Shown here in pieces: positions 34,815 to 45,984 of a DNA stretch of 64,000 nucleotides. Under the pieces are notes generated by a model. It was not told the origin of the DNA. It worked only from the letters and a program-made list of their open reading frames with translations, and did not search any database. This DNA is from an uncultured Clostridia bacterium (GTDB taxonomy: Bacteria > Bacillota > Clostridia > Christensenellales > UBA1242): contig CALWGY010000001.1 in NCBI GenBank assembly GCA_944380265.1, forward strand, positions 229,697 through 293,696, in the 5' to 3' direction. The stretch's first letter is position 1. Every line of letters begins with the position of its first letter. A program made the translations under genes and the position numbers.

Positions 34815-35284
34815 TAGTTGTTTCCTTTCTTTTTTGGTTTATATTCTCTTTCCATTTTGTCAATGAACAAAATGCCTTTTGTGTGGTCAATTTCGTGTGA
34901 TAATGCACATGCCAAATAACCTGTTCCGGTTATTACAAATTCGTTGCCATATCTATCGCATGCTTTAACTGTTAACTGCTTTGGTCGTTTTACATAACCT
35001 GAAACGTTTTTAACGCTTAAACAACCTTCCACTTCGCATTGTTCGCCAATTTCTTCCAAAATTTCGGGATTAATAAGTTCCAAAAACAAATTGTTAACTT
35101 CAACAATTATTGCTTGCTTTAAAACACCAACCTGAACCGCTGCCAAACCGCAACCGTTTGCTTTGTGCATTGTTTCTTTCATGTCGTCTAAAAGTTCCCA
35201 CAAACTTTCATTGAAATTTACAACTTTTTTGCTTTGTTTTCTAATAAATTCATTATCAGAATAAACAATGTTTCTAATTGCCAT
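34814..35284 (-). CDS. def: peptide deformylase
   Basis: 156-aa ORF with motifs GCGLAAVQVG, EGCLS and HEIDH. Confidence 0.95.
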   Translation of the reverse strand: MAIRNIVYSDNEFIRKQSKKVVNFNESLWELLDDMKETMHKANGCGLAAVQVGVLKQAIIVEVNNLFLELINPEILEEIGEQCEVEGCLSVKNVSGYVKRPKQLTVKACDRYGNEFVITGTGYLACALSHEIDHTKGILFIDKMEREYKPKKKGNN

Positions 35285-35298
35285 TTTTTCTCCTTTTA

Positions 35299-37494
35299 TT
35301 ATCCTAAATTTTGCGGATTAACTTCCACAAAAACAGTAACATTTTTGTTTGTTATGTTTGATATTTCAAAAATTTGTTTAACCAAATTTTGATTGTTTTC
35401 TTTAATACGCATTAAAACTTGATATCTAAATTTTTTCTTTATTTTTGCATGTGGTGAGCGCATTGCTTCCAAAAAATAGAATTCCGTTTTATTGTTAATT
35501 CTTAAATCCTTAAATTTTAAAAACAAGTTGTGCGTTAAGTTTTTTGCCAGTTCATTATCTTCACTTGTAACAAGCACCCTAATAATTTTTGAAAATGGTG
35601 GAAAAGATGCAGTTTCGCGAAGGTTTATTTCCTTGTTATAAAACCTTAAATAGTCGTAGTTTGCACAAAAATTGTAAACATAGTGCTTTGGAAAAAATGT
35701 TTGTAAAACCACCTTTCCTTCCAAATTTTTTCTGCCTGCACGCCCTGCAACTTGTGTTACTAACTGATAAGTTTTTTCGTTTGCTTTATAGTCGGAATAA
35801 AACAAACTTAAATCGGCATCCAAAATTCCAACCAAAGTTACACTTGGAAAATCGTGACCCTTTGCAATCATTTGAGTGCCCACCAAAATTGAAGGTTTTG
35901 TTTTTTCGAATTCGGTTAAAATTTTTGCATGGGCGTTTTTGGTTGTTGTGGTGTCGTTATCCATTCTAAAAATTGGAGTTTTAGGAAAAATTTGTTTAAG
36001 TTCTTCCACCACTTTTTCTGTGCCAGTGTTGCCAAGTTTTAAATTAACATTGCCGCAATTTGGACATTTTGTTAGTGGCTTAAACTTTTTTCCGCAATAG
36101 TGGCATTTTAACAAATTATCTTCCTTATGATACACAAGTGAAACATCACAATCGGAACATTTTGCAACATAGCCACATTCCCTGCACATTTGAAAACTGG
36201 AAAATCCACGCCTGTTTAAAAACAAAATTGTTTGCTCATTGTTGTTTATGGACTTACTAATTTCGTTTATTAATTCCCCAGAAAAAATTGATGTGTTGCC
36301 ACTTCTAAACTCTTTGCACATATCAACAATTTGCATTTTTGGCAGTGGCATTTTGTTAATACGTTCATTTAAAGTTATTAAATTATAACTTCCATTTTGG
36401 GCTTTATAAAAACTTTCAATTGTTGGTGTTGCACTGCCCAAAACAAGCGGACAGTTGTTATATTTTGCCCTGATGAACGCAACTTCGTTTGTTTCGTAAC
36501 GTGGGTTGTTTTCCGATTGATATGACCCATCGTGCTCTTCATCAATAATTATTGCACCAAGGTTTTTAAGCGGTGCAAAAATGGCAGACCTTGCACCAAC
36601 AACAATTTTTGCCTCTCCATTAAAAATTCTGAACCATTCATCATATTTTTCGCCATCGGAAAGCCCTGAATGCAAAACCGCAACAGTTGAACCAAAACGA
36701 GCTCTAAATTGTTTTACGGTTTTTGGGGTTAACGAAATTTCTGGTACAAGCATTATTGCTGTTTGATTGTTTTTTAATGCATTTTTAATAACATGCATGT
36801 AAACTTCGGTTTTTCCGCTGCCGGTTACACCAAACAACAAATTAACAAGTTTTTGTTTTGATAAAATTTGGTTAACTGCTTCCATTTGCTTTTTTGTTAG
36901 CACCAAATCATCTTCCAAGTTTGGGCTTATTTCCTGCATTGGAAGCCTTGATTTGTTTTCCGTAACAAAACCAACAAATCCTTTTTCAATTAATTTGTTT
37001 ATGGTTGCATTTCCAAATTGTTTTTTAAGTTTTACAATGCTTTCTGATGCCACATTTTTTAAATAGGCACAAGCCGAAATTTGATTTTTTGAATTTGCTT
37101 TAATTTTGTTTAAGTGCTCCATTCCAAAAGAAGTTAAATAACAAAAAGTTTCGGTTTGTGACTTAACTTTTCCGCTTCTTATTTGACTTGGAACAATTAA
37201 ATGCAAAATGTCTATAATTCTTAGATTATATATGTTTTTTAGTTCAAAAATTAGGTTTAGCATTTCAGGAATTATTATTGCAAAATTGTCTAGTGGTTTT
37301 AAAATTTGTTTAATTTGATTTTTGTTTAGGTTTGTTGTTTCCTTTAAATTTAAAACATAGCCTTGAATTGTTCGGTTTCCAAAAGGCACTAAAACCCTTT
37401 GCCCTAAAAGAATGGTTTGGTTTTCAGGGCACTCATAATCAAAAATTTTATCTAATGAATTGGTTGAAACATCAACAATTACTTCTGCAAACAT
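35299..37494 (-). CDS. priA: primosomal replication restart helicase PriA
   Basis: 731-aa ORF with Walker A GVTGSGKT, DEEHD, and a Cys-rich Zn-binding insertion (CRECGYVAKCSDCD...CHYCG...CPNCG). Confidence 0.9.
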   Translation of the reverse strand: MFAEVIVDVSTNSLDKIFDYECPENQTILLGQRVLVPFGNRTIQGYVLNLKETTNLNKNQIKQILKPLDNFAIIIPEMLNLIFELKNIYNLRIIDILHLIVPSQIRSGKVKSQTETFCYLTSFGMEHLNKIKANSKNQISACAYLKNVASESIVKLKKQFGNATINKLIEKGFVGFVTENKSRLPMQEISPNLEDDLVLTKKQMEAVNQILSKQKLVNLLFGVTGSGKTEVYMHVIKNALKNNQTAIMLVPEISLTPKTVKQFRARFGSTVAVLHSGLSDGEKYDEWFRIFNGEAKIVVGARSAIFAPLKNLGAIIIDEEHDGSYQSENNPRYETNEVAFIRAKYNNCPLVLGSATPTIESFYKAQNGSYNLITLNERINKMPLPKMQIVDMCKEFRSGNTSIFSGELINEISKSINNNEQTILFLNRRGFSSFQMCRECGYVAKCSDCDVSLVYHKEDNLLKCHYCGKKFKPLTKCPNCGNVNLKLGNTGTEKVVEELKQIFPKTPIFRMDNDTTTTKNAHAKILTEFEKTKPSILVGTQMIAKGHDFPSVTLVGILDADLSLFYSDYKANEKTYQLVTQVAGRAGRKNLEGKVVLQTFFPKHYVYNFCANYDYLRFYNKEINLRETASFPPFSKIIRVLVTSEDNELAKNLTHNLFLKFKDLRINNKTEFYFLEAMRSPHAKIKKKFRYQVLMRIKENNQNLVKQIFEISNITNKNVTVFVEVNPQNLG

Positions 37495-37513
37495 AATTAC
37501 CTTTTACTTTTTT

Positions 37514-37550
37514 TAAGAAAAATTCTATTGCTAAAATGAAGCAATAGAAT
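37514..37550 (-). terminator. rho-independent terminator after rpoZ
   Basis: Hairpin ATTCTATTGC/GCAATAGAAT (37522-37550). On the minus strand it is followed by a U-rich run. Confidence 0.6.
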
Positions 37551-37735
37551 TATTCACTAACAATTTTACCAGTATAAACTTCATTAATTGCACGTGTTAC
37601 TTCTGGGCATTCTTCTTTTTCAGATTCTGTTAAAGTTTGTTGAAGAAGTTTTGCACGTTTGCTTACTATTACTGCCAATTTATATGGATTTCCAACTTTT
37701 TTAACAAGTGCATCAATAGGTGGTTTTAATAACAT
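37550..37735 (-). CDS. rpoZ: DNA-directed RNA polymerase subunit omega
   Basis: 61-aa ORF, MLKPPIDALVKKVGNPYKLAVIVSKRAKLL. Confidence 0.85.
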   Translation of the reverse strand: MLLKPPIDALVKKVGNPYKLAVIVSKRAKLLQQTLTESEKEECPEVTRAINEVYTGKIVSE

Positions 37736-37952
37736 ATTTTTGCTTCCTTTTAATTATTAATTATACTAACTATATTAGTATAGCAACAAAGTGACGGAAA
37801 ATAAAGAGAAATTTGAAAAATTTTTAATATTTTTTTATTTAAATTTTTAAGTAATTTTAATTAAAATTATAATTTTTTCACCCCTGATTTGATTGAAATG
37901 AAAGTTTTTATATTTTAAACTTTCAATTTTATTATTTCAATTTTTACTTTTA

Positions 37953-39944
<1,992 letters not shown>

Positions 39945-40007
39945 TTAAAATATTGTTATTAAATAATAACAAATATTTTTAAAAATAATTTTATAATTTA
40001 AACAAAT

Positions 40008-42251
40008 TTATTTGCTTTTTAAAATTTGCAAAGGTGCCATGCTAAGTGACAATGTTTTGTTACCAAACTTACCAAAATCAACTGTAACATCTGGTGTTTG
40101 CGATGTTAAATTTGCATTAATTATTGTTCCAACACCAAATTTTGGATGCAAAACTTGCGTTCCAACTGTGTAGGAAGAATAGTTATTTTTTTGTGTGTTA
40201 AGTTTTTTGACCATAACATCTTGCAAATTACTTGAAACATTTTCATTTGTTTGTTTTGCATAATTATACACGTTTTCTGTATAATTATTATTTGAATAAG
40301 ATTTTGAATAATCGTAATAATTTTTTGTTTCGGTTCTAAAATTATTAACAAAATTTGGGGTTTTAACCACCAATTCCATTTCCTTTAAAAATCTGCTTGC
40401 AATGGAAAAACTTCTGTCGTGATATAAGTATCTAGACTTAGTGTTTGTTAAAAACACTTGTTTTTTTGCACGCGTTATTGCAACATACATAAGTCTGCGT
40501 TCTTCTTCAATTTCATTTTCGGAATCTTGTGCACGGCTTATTGGAAACAACCCTTCTTCCACCCCAATTATGAAAACATAATCAAATTCCAAGCCCTTTG
40601 AAGCGTGAATGGTGCTAACGTTTACCGCGTTTTTATCATCTTCTGCTTCATCAATTGAACTTTGAAGTGTTATGCTTTCAAGATAATCGGAAAGTTCACA
40701 ATTAGGGTTTTGATGCTCGAATGATTTTATGGATTCAAGCAACTGCGAAATGTTTAAAAGCCTGTCGTTGTCTTCATCATCAAGTTTGTTGTATGCTTCC
40801 AAAATATCTGCAAGTTTTATAACTTCATTTGCAAAATTATAAATTCCAGAAGTTTTATCTGGCAAATTTTGATAAACATATTTTAACGATGAAAGTTTTT
40901 CGCGTAGTGCCTTTGGTAAATCATACATTTCATCGTTTAAAACAACTTCTAACATGCTAACATTGTTTGTTTTTGCAATGGTTTCAATTTTTTCAACACT
41001 AACATTGCCAATTCCGCGTTTTGGAAAATTTATTATTCTTTTTAAACTTTCGTTATCTTTTGGATTAATTGTTAAACGCAAATATGCAAGCACATTTTTA
41101 ATTTCTGCCCTTTCAAAAAACTTGAATATGCCAGAAACAACATAAGGCAAATTGTAACTTAACAATTTTTCTTCAATTAATCGGCTTAACGCACTTAATC
41201 TAAACAAAACTGAAATTTGGTTTGGCTGAACACCATGACTTATTAAATTATATATTTTGTTCGCAACATATTCTGCTTCCTTAACTTCATCTTGTGCAGT
41301 GAAATATGTTGGTGGTTCGCCTTCTTCATTTTCAGTCCACAACACTTTTTCAATGCGTGAAACATTATGTTTAATTAACTTGTTTGCAATGTTTAAAATG
41401 TTTTTTGTGCTTCTGTAATTTTGTTCAAGTTTATAACATTTAACATTTAAAAAATCTTGTCTAAAATTGATAATGTTTTCGATGTTTGCGCCACGCCAAC
41501 CATAAATGCACTGGTCTTCATCACCAACAACAAAAATGTTTTTGTGCTCACCTGCAAGCATTTTTGCAATTTTATATTGCACCAAGTTTGTGTCTTGGAA
41601 CTCATCTATGTGAATGTATTTAAACCTGTGTTGATACAACTTTAAAACATTTGGGTGAAGTTTAAATAGTTCCAAAGTTTTTGTTAACAAATCATCAAAA
41701 TCTAACGCATTATTGTTTTTTAACTGATTTTGATACTCAGAATAAACCTTTTTAACATCAGCTGCATTTGGTTTAAATTCTGTTATTGCATAGTATTCAT
41801 CTGGGTCAAATCCCAAGTTTTTTGCTTTGTCAATTTCACTTGAAAAATCTTTAACCTTATCGGATTCAAAACCTAAATCGGTTACAATTTTTTTTAATAA
41901 TTTATCTTTATCAGATGTGTCATAAATTGTGAAATATCTGTTAAACCCGTTAAGGTTTGAAATGTTTTCCCTTAAAATTTTTGCACACATGCTGTGAAAA
42001 GTTGAAATCCAAATGTTGTTTGCATTTGGACATGCCAACAAAATTCGTTCCTTCATTTCGTTTGTTGCTTTGTTTGTGAATGTTATTGCTAAAATGTTGT
42101 ATGGGTCAACACCACATTCATTTATTAAATAACTAATTCGTTCCGTTAACAACCTAGTTTTTCCGCTGCCGGCACCTGCTGTTACTAAAATTGCACCATT
42201 AACATCAATTGCTGGTTTTAATTGTTCTTCGTTAAGTAGGTTAAGCGACAT
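40008..42251 (-). CDS. pcrA: ATP-dependent DNA helicase PcrA (UvrD family)
   Basis: 747-aa ORF with AGAGSGKT, DEFQDT and QNYRS. A C-terminal Tudor-like segment (VGTQVLHPKFGVGTII) is preceded by an Asn/Tyr-rich linker. Confidence 0.9.
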   Translation of the reverse strand: MSLNLLNEEQLKPAIDVNGAILVTAGAGSGKTRLLTERISYLINECGVDPYNILAITFTNKATNEMKERILLACPNANNIWISTFHSMCAKILRENISNLNGFNRYFTIYDTSDKDKLLKKIVTDLGFESDKVKDFSSEIDKAKNLGFDPDEYYAITEFKPNAADVKKVYSEYQNQLKNNNALDFDDLLTKTLELFKLHPNVLKLYQHRFKYIHIDEFQDTNLVQYKIAKMLAGEHKNIFVVGDEDQCIYGWRGANIENIINFRQDFLNVKCYKLEQNYRSTKNILNIANKLIKHNVSRIEKVLWTENEEGEPPTYFTAQDEVKEAEYVANKIYNLISHGVQPNQISVLFRLSALSRLIEEKLLSYNLPYVVSGIFKFFERAEIKNVLAYLRLTINPKDNESLKRIINFPKRGIGNVSVEKIETIAKTNNVSMLEVVLNDEMYDLPKALREKLSSLKYVYQNLPDKTSGIYNFANEVIKLADILEAYNKLDDEDNDRLLNISQLLESIKSFEHQNPNCELSDYLESITLQSSIDEAEDDKNAVNVSTIHASKGLEFDYVFIIGVEEGLFPISRAQDSENEIEEERRLMYVAITRAKKQVFLTNTKSRYLYHDRSFSIASRFLKEMELVVKTPNFVNNFRTETKNYYDYSKSYSNNNYTENVYNYAKQTNENVSSNLQDVMVKKLNTQKNNYSSYTVGTQVLHPKFGVGTIINANLTSQTPDVTVDFGKFGNKTLSLSMAPLQILKSK

Positions 42252-42383
42252 AAAAAAACTCCTAAATTTTATTACAAAAAATTATAACAAATTTAGAAGT
42301 TTTAATCAATTTATAACATGCTTAATATTATATTTTTGAACTTTTGTTTGTTTGCGCTAAACTTTAAAAATGTTTAAACTTAA

Positions 42384-42478
42384 TGATGGCTGGGGGTGTG
42401 CGATGGCACAACGCAGTTGTGCGTTTTGCGGTGGCAAAATTAAAATTTAACTTTCGTTAAATTTTAACATCGCACACC
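42384..42478. repeat. dispersed partial copy of the 23.8-kb structured repeat (junction module only)
   Basis: TGATGG tag 42384-42389. P1 GGTGTGCGATG (42395-42405) pairs perfectly with CATCGCACACC (42468-42478). P1 encloses H2 42406-42422 (GCACAAC-GCA-GTTGTGC), H3 42424-42439 (TTTTGC-GGTG-GCAAAA) and H4 42442-42465 (AAAATTTAA-CTTTCG-TTAAATTTT). Confidence 0.8.
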
Positions 42479-42485
42479 TTTCCAC

Positions 42486-42872
42486 CTAACTAATTTTGCT
42501 TTTTAAATTTAAATTATATTCATTTTTAATTTTGTTATATTTATCAACAACATTTAAAACATAAAATTGTTTTTCAACATCTGTTAATTTACTAAAAACA
42601 TTGTTATCAATTAAAAGCCCAATAGGATTATAAATTTCAACAGGACTATTTAAAATTTTGTAAACTTTGCTTACAAAATCTTCATCAATTTCGTTTGTTA
42701 TTGAAACAAAAGTGGCTTTTGAATTTATTTTTTTAAATGAATTAAAATTTTTTACAAAATAACTGTTAACAGTCATTGCATTTTTTGCTTTGGCTTTTTC
42801 TGCATTTGTATATAACCCACGTTTTAAGCGTTCTTTGGCAAGTGATGCCATACTTTTTAAATTACTACTCAT
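42486..42872 (-). CDS. hypothetical protein (128 aa)
   Basis: Plausible ORF with an RBS (AAGGAG) upstream of pcrA. I recognise no family. Confidence 0.55.
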   Translation of the reverse strand: MSSNLKSMASLAKERLKRGLYTNAEKAKAKNAMTVNSYFVKNFNSFKKINSKATFVSITNEIDEDFVSKVYKILNSPVEIYNPIGLLIDNNVFSKLTDVEKQFYVLNVVDKYNKIKNEYNLNLKSKIS

Positions 42873-43149
42873 AAAACTTTACTCCTTAAATTTTTGTTTG
42901 TTTTTTTCTTACACATAAAAGTTTAACTTGTAAATTTTAAAACAAAAAGCAAAAATTTAAAGATTTGTTGCAAGTTTTAAAATAAGTGTTTTTTATTTAT
43001 TTTTCGCCATTTTTCTTTTGGCTAATTTGTACAATTTTAAAATTTTTTGAAGTTTTTAAAACTTGATATTTTGTTAAAACCACCCATTTAGTTATTAAAA
43101 AGCATTGTTTACATTAATTGTTTTAACAGTTTTAAACTAAAAATTTAAA

Positions 43150-43176
43150 AAGAAAAAACAAGAGTTTTCTCTTGTT
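43150..43176 (-). terminator. rho-independent terminator after rpsU
   Basis: Hairpin AACAAGAG-TTTT-CTCTTGTT (43157-43176). On the minus strand it is followed by a U-run. Confidence 0.7.
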
Positions 43177-43178
43177 TT

Positions 43179-43367
43179 TTAGCCTTTATTGTTCTTTTTA
43201 TTACGTTTGATTGCTGCTTTGGTTTTCTTTTTACGTTTAACACTTGGTTTTTCATATGCTTCGTGTTTACGCAAATCGCCAATAATGCCATCTTTTTGGC
43301 ATTTACGTTTGAAACGTTTAATAGCACTTTCAACGTTTTCGTTTTCTCCAACTTTAACTGTTGACAT
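43179..43367 (-). CDS. rpsU: 30S ribosomal protein S21
   Basis: MSTVKVGENENVESAIKRFKRKCQKDG...YEKPSVKRKKK. ATG 43367 lies 8 nt after GGGTGA. The GTG 43379 track start is possible but less likely. Confidence 0.85.
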   Translation of the reverse strand: MSTVKVGENENVESAIKRFKRKCQKDGIIGDLRKHEAYEKPSVKRKKKTKAAIKRNKKNNKG

Positions 43368-43441
43368 TAATTTTTTCACCCACTTATTATAAAATTCTTC
43401 AAATATATTACTTTAAAAATTCGCCTTTGTCAAGGGAAAAA

Positions 43442-43834
43442 CTAATTAAGTTTTAACTCGTTAAAAATTTTTTGCAAATCAAAATTTTGTTTTGGAGCAT
43501 CTTTTAAAATTTTTATGCCATCGCCGCTTTTTCTTGGAATTATGTGAATGTGAAAATGTTGAACATCTTCGTTAATGTTAAACAAATTAACCGCATTAAA
43601 TCCACAATTTTGAACGTAGTGATTCGACACTTTTTTAACCGCCTTAATTACTTCACACAAATATTTTTCATCGCAATCAAGAACATTTTGAAAGTGTTTT
43701 TTAGGAACAACCAAAGTGTGACCATAATAATCACAAGCAATGTCTAAAAATGCATAAACATATTCGTTTTCATAAATTTTGTAACTTGGAATTTCACCTT
43801 TAATAATTTTGCAAAAAACGCAATTTTCACTCAT
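43442..43834 (-). CDS. HIT family hydrolase
   Basis: 130-aa ORF with N-terminal CVFCKI and histidine triad HFHIHIIPR. Confidence 0.85.
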   Translation of the reverse strand: MSENCVFCKIIKGEIPSYKIYENEYVYAFLDIACDYYGHTLVVPKKHFQNVLDCDEKYLCEVIKAVKKVSNHYVQNCGFNAVNLFNINEDVQHFHIHIIPRKSGDGIKILKDAPKQNFDLQKIFNELKLN

Positions 43835-43864
43835 AATTTTTCTCCTTAAATTAATTTTTATTTA

Positions 43865-45157
43865 TTATTCTAAAACCAGTTCCGCTTTCATTCCATTTTT
43901 GAATGGCTCGGTTAATTTAACTTTAACAATTTGATTTGGTTTTACAGGTGCATTTAAACTTAAATATGTTTTAACATAATTTTCAGTGTAACCAACATAG
44001 TAATTTTCTTCTGTTTCTTCAACAAGCATGTTAAAAGTTTGATTTTTAATTGAATTAAAGTAATTTAACATTAGTTCGTTTTTTAAGTCGTTAAGTTTTT
44101 TAAGTCGTTGTTTAACAACAACTCCGCTTGGGGTTTTTAACCCATATGCTTTTGTTCCTGCACGTTTTGAATAAGGAAAAATGTGCATATTACCAAAGCC
44201 CGCTTTTTTAACCGTGTTTAATGTTTCTTCAAACTCTTCATCTGTTTCGCCAGCAAAACCAACAATAACATCGGTTGTTATGTTTGCATTTGGATAATAT
44301 TTTTTTATAAGTTCAATTTTTTGTAAATATTCATCTGTTGTGTAATGCCTGTTCATGCGTTTTAGCACAGAATTGCTTCCACTTTGCAAACTTAAATGAA
44401 ATTGCGGACAAAAGTTTGGAGTTCGAATTAGAAAATGCATAAAGTCATCAGTTATAACATTAACTTCCAAACTGCCAAGTCTAATTCTGGCTGGCAAATT
44501 TCTAAGTGCAAAAACAAGTTCGCCAAGTGCAGGCTTTCCATCAATTTTGTAACTGCTTAAATCAATGCCAGTAACCACAATTTCTAAACTGGTTTTTGCT
44601 AGCATTTCCGCTTCAATTAACACACTTTCAAGTTTACGTGACCTGCTTCTGCCCCTAACATATGGAATTAAACAATAAGAACAAAAGTTGTTACAACCAT
44701 CTTGCACTTTTAAATATGCCCTTGTTTGAGTTTTAAAAGGCGAATTGATGTTTTCATTATAACTTGAAGGAAAATCAAAAATTTTAAATTCGTGGTTGTT
44801 AATAAGTTCCAAAATGTTTTCCTTGCCTTCGTTGCCAATTACTGAAATAACATTTTCTTTTTTAAATTGTTCTGGGTTGTTTTGGCTTGCACAGCCACAA
44901 ACAACAATTTTTGCGTTTGGGTTTAGTTTTGAAAGTTTTGAAATGTATTGCCTAGATTTTTTTTCGCCTTCGTTCGTTACCGCACAAGTGTTAACAACAT
45001 AATAGTCGCTTGGTTCGTGGTTTAATGTTACCAAGTAGCCAGCATTGTTTAAAATTGTTGCCATGCATTCAATTTCATATTTATTAACTTTACAACCAAG
45101 GCTTATTAAACAAACCTTTTTAGGCGATTTTTCTAAGTTTTGCATAGTACTTAACAA
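43865..45157 (-). CDS. mtaB: tRNA threonylcarbamoyladenosine methylthiotransferase MtaB (YqeV-like)
   Basis: 430-aa ORF with a UPF0004 N-domain, radical-SAM motif CNNFCSYCLIP and a TRAM C-terminus. It follows rsmE, as yqeU-yqeV do in Bacillus. Confidence 0.8.
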   Translation of the reverse strand: MLSTMQNLEKSPKKVCLISLGCKVNKYEIECMATILNNAGYLVTLNHEPSDYYVVNTCAVTNEGEKKSRQYISKLSKLNPNAKIVVCGCASQNNPEQFKKENVISVIGNEGKENILELINNHEFKIFDFPSSYNENINSPFKTQTRAYLKVQDGCNNFCSYCLIPYVRGRSRSRKLESVLIEAEMLAKTSLEIVVTGIDLSSYKIDGKPALGELVFALRNLPARIRLGSLEVNVITDDFMHFLIRTPNFCPQFHLSLQSGSNSVLKRMNRHYTTDEYLQKIELIKKYYPNANITTDVIVGFAGETDEEFEETLNTVKKAGFGNMHIFPYSKRAGTKAYGLKTPSGVVVKQRLKKLNDLKNELMLNYFNSIKNQTFNMLVEETEENYYVGYTENYVKTYLSLNAPVKPNQIVKVKLTEPFKNGMKAELVLE

Positions 45158-45873
45158 TACTCCTTAAAATGGTTTAAAACAATTGAAGTTAACATTATTG
45201 CTGCTGTTTCTGCACGCAAAATTCGATTACCCAAACTTATGCTTTTTGCACCGTGTGCCAACAAATATTTTATTTCTTCTTGTGCAAATCCGCCTTCACA
45301 CCCAACAATTATTGCAATGTTTTTGGCGTTTGAATTTTTGGCTAAAACAGTGTTTAAATTTGAACTTTTTTCAGTTTCATTTGCAAAAATTATAAGGTCA
45401 TGTGCTTTAAGCATGTTATCAAGCTTTAATATGTTTTTTGTATCACAAATATTCATTGGAATGCTTCTGCCACACTGCTTTAAACTTTGTTTTGTAACTG
45501 TTATTAATTTTTCAGTTTTTGTTCCTTTATCCTTATTAACAGTGTAAGCACTTTCAAATGGCACAAAATTTGAGCACCCAAGTTCGGTTAATTTTTGCAC
45601 AACAAGTGTTAAATTATCGTTTTTAATAAGTGCCATGTAGCAAGTTAAATTAACTTTTGGGTTTGCAGTGTTAAGTTCTTTTTTTTCAACTTTTAAAACA
45701 GAATCTTTTTTGTTTATTTCACACACTTTGCAATAGTAGTTAAATTCATCGCCACACACAACTTTAACTTGGTCGTTAACATTAAGCCTTAAAACATTTT
45801 TTAGGTGGTTGTGTTCGTCGTCCTCTAATTTTATTAAGTTTCCATCAATTTTATCTACAAAAAAAGTTTTCAT
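45151..45873 (-). CDS. rsmE: 16S rRNA (uracil1498-N3)-methyltransferase
   Basis: MKTFFVDKI is an RsmE-like start, and the SPOUT C-terminus has GCEGGF and LGNRILRAETA. The start choice (45873 vs 45891) is uncertain because neither has a good SD. Confidence 0.8.
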   Translation of the reverse strand: MKTFFVDKIDGNLIKLEDDEHNHLKNVLRLNVNDQVKVVCGDEFNYYCKVCEINKKDSVLKVEKKELNTANPKVNLTCYMALIKNDNLTLVVQKLTELGCSNFVPFESAYTVNKDKGTKTEKLITVTKQSLKQCGRSIPMNICDTKNILKLDNMLKAHDLIIFANETEKSSNLNTVLAKNSNAKNIAIIVGCEGGFAQEEIKYLLAHGAKSISLGNRILRAETAAIMLTSIVLNHFKEYC

Positions 45874-45952
45874 ATTAATAATATAACACATAAATTTGAT
45901 TTATTAAAGATTTTTTAAGTTTAAAATAAAAATTAATTTCAACAAAAATTTA

Positions 45953-45984
45953 TAAAAAAATAATACCAAAATAATTGGTATTAT
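45953..45984 (-). terminator. candidate terminator after dnaJ
   Basis: Hairpin TAATACCAA/TTGGTATTA (45961-45983). On the minus strand it is followed by a 7-nt U-run. Confidence 0.5.

Noticed and set aside
43145-43392. Two extra ORFs (68 aa minus strand, 67 aa plus strand) overlapping rpsU
   Set aside because: Only the S21 frame gives the conserved RFKR...YEKPS...RKKK sequence. The others are Lys/Phe-rich shadows.
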